DNA of 64,000 bases from an uncultured delta proteobacterium (lineage in GTDB: Bacteria > Desulfobacterota > Binatia > UBA9968). The notes below the pieces were generated by a model. It saw only the letters and a list, made by a program, of their open reading frames with translations, did not search any database and was not told the DNA's origin. Location: assembly GCA_963745835.1 (NCBI GenBank), contig CAVUZH010000025.1, positions 128,001 to 192,000 on the forward strand, written 5' to 3'. Shown one piece after another: positions 63,845 through 64,000 of this stretch. Both the position numbers and the translations under genes were made by a program. Positions within the stretch are counted from its first letter, which is position 1, and each line of letters begins with the position of its first letter.

Positions 63845-63994
63845 ATGCTTTGGACTATATTCGTGGTGCTTCTCGTTTTGTGGGCGCTAGGTTTCGTCAG
63901 CGGCTACGCTATTGGCGGATTCATTCACCTGCTTTTAGTGATCGCCGTCGTGGTGTTGTTGATTCAGTTGATTCAAGGGCGAAGTTCAATCTGA
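63845..63994 (+). CDS. Lmo0937/DUF5670-family small membrane protein
   Basis: MLWTIFVVLLVLWALGFVSGYAIGGFIHLLLVIAVVVLLIQLIQGRSSI; AAGGAGG RBS. Confidence 0.88.
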   Translation: MLWTIFVVLLVLWALGFVSGYAIGGFIHLLLVIAVVVLLIQLIQGRSSI

Positions 63995-64000
63995 GCAGGT

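Overview
Gene-dense bacterial window with every recognisable gene on the + strand. The frequent isolated 1-bp frameshifts suggest a long-read or metagenome assembly. About 0.3-43 kb, plus 46-47 kb, is a large mosaic surface-glycan locus. It holds a WbpA/B/D/E/I-type di-N-acetyl-uronic-acid pathway with a WbpB-WbpD fusion, a carbamoyltransferase + SxtJ + SxtK-like triad, Wzm/Wzt export, three DegT aminotransferases, a CDP-sugar/C-methyltransferase/DUF4910 cassette, gmd-fcl and a CapD/WbpM dehydratase. Two glycan enzymes (RfbG and a membrane-anchored SGNH/AlgX-like protein) each carry a closely related PAS domain. At 43.4-45.9 kb is a RiPP-like cassette: PqqD/RRE, a 61-aa RRxF/YxxP Ser-rich peptide, an HprK-like kinase and a nucleotidyltransferase, with no intact lasso cyclase or protease. 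48.4-62.2 kb is a signalling island: a PAS kinase with a degenerate ATP-binding domain, a sigma-54 NtrC-type activator, an RsbR/S/T stressosome, an RsbT-PP2C fusion and two hybrid kinases. The larger kinase has 8 PAS domains, one of them FixL-like, plus a GAF. Non-coding and relic elements are a thrice-repeated dif/Xer-like site (7.6-7.8 kb), a four-helix-bundle pseudogene with heptamer repeats (14.1-14.5 kb), a 169-nt internally deleted group II intron (19.67-19.84 kb) and three sigma-54 promoter matches. Family calls come from motif recognition only; no database searches were run.
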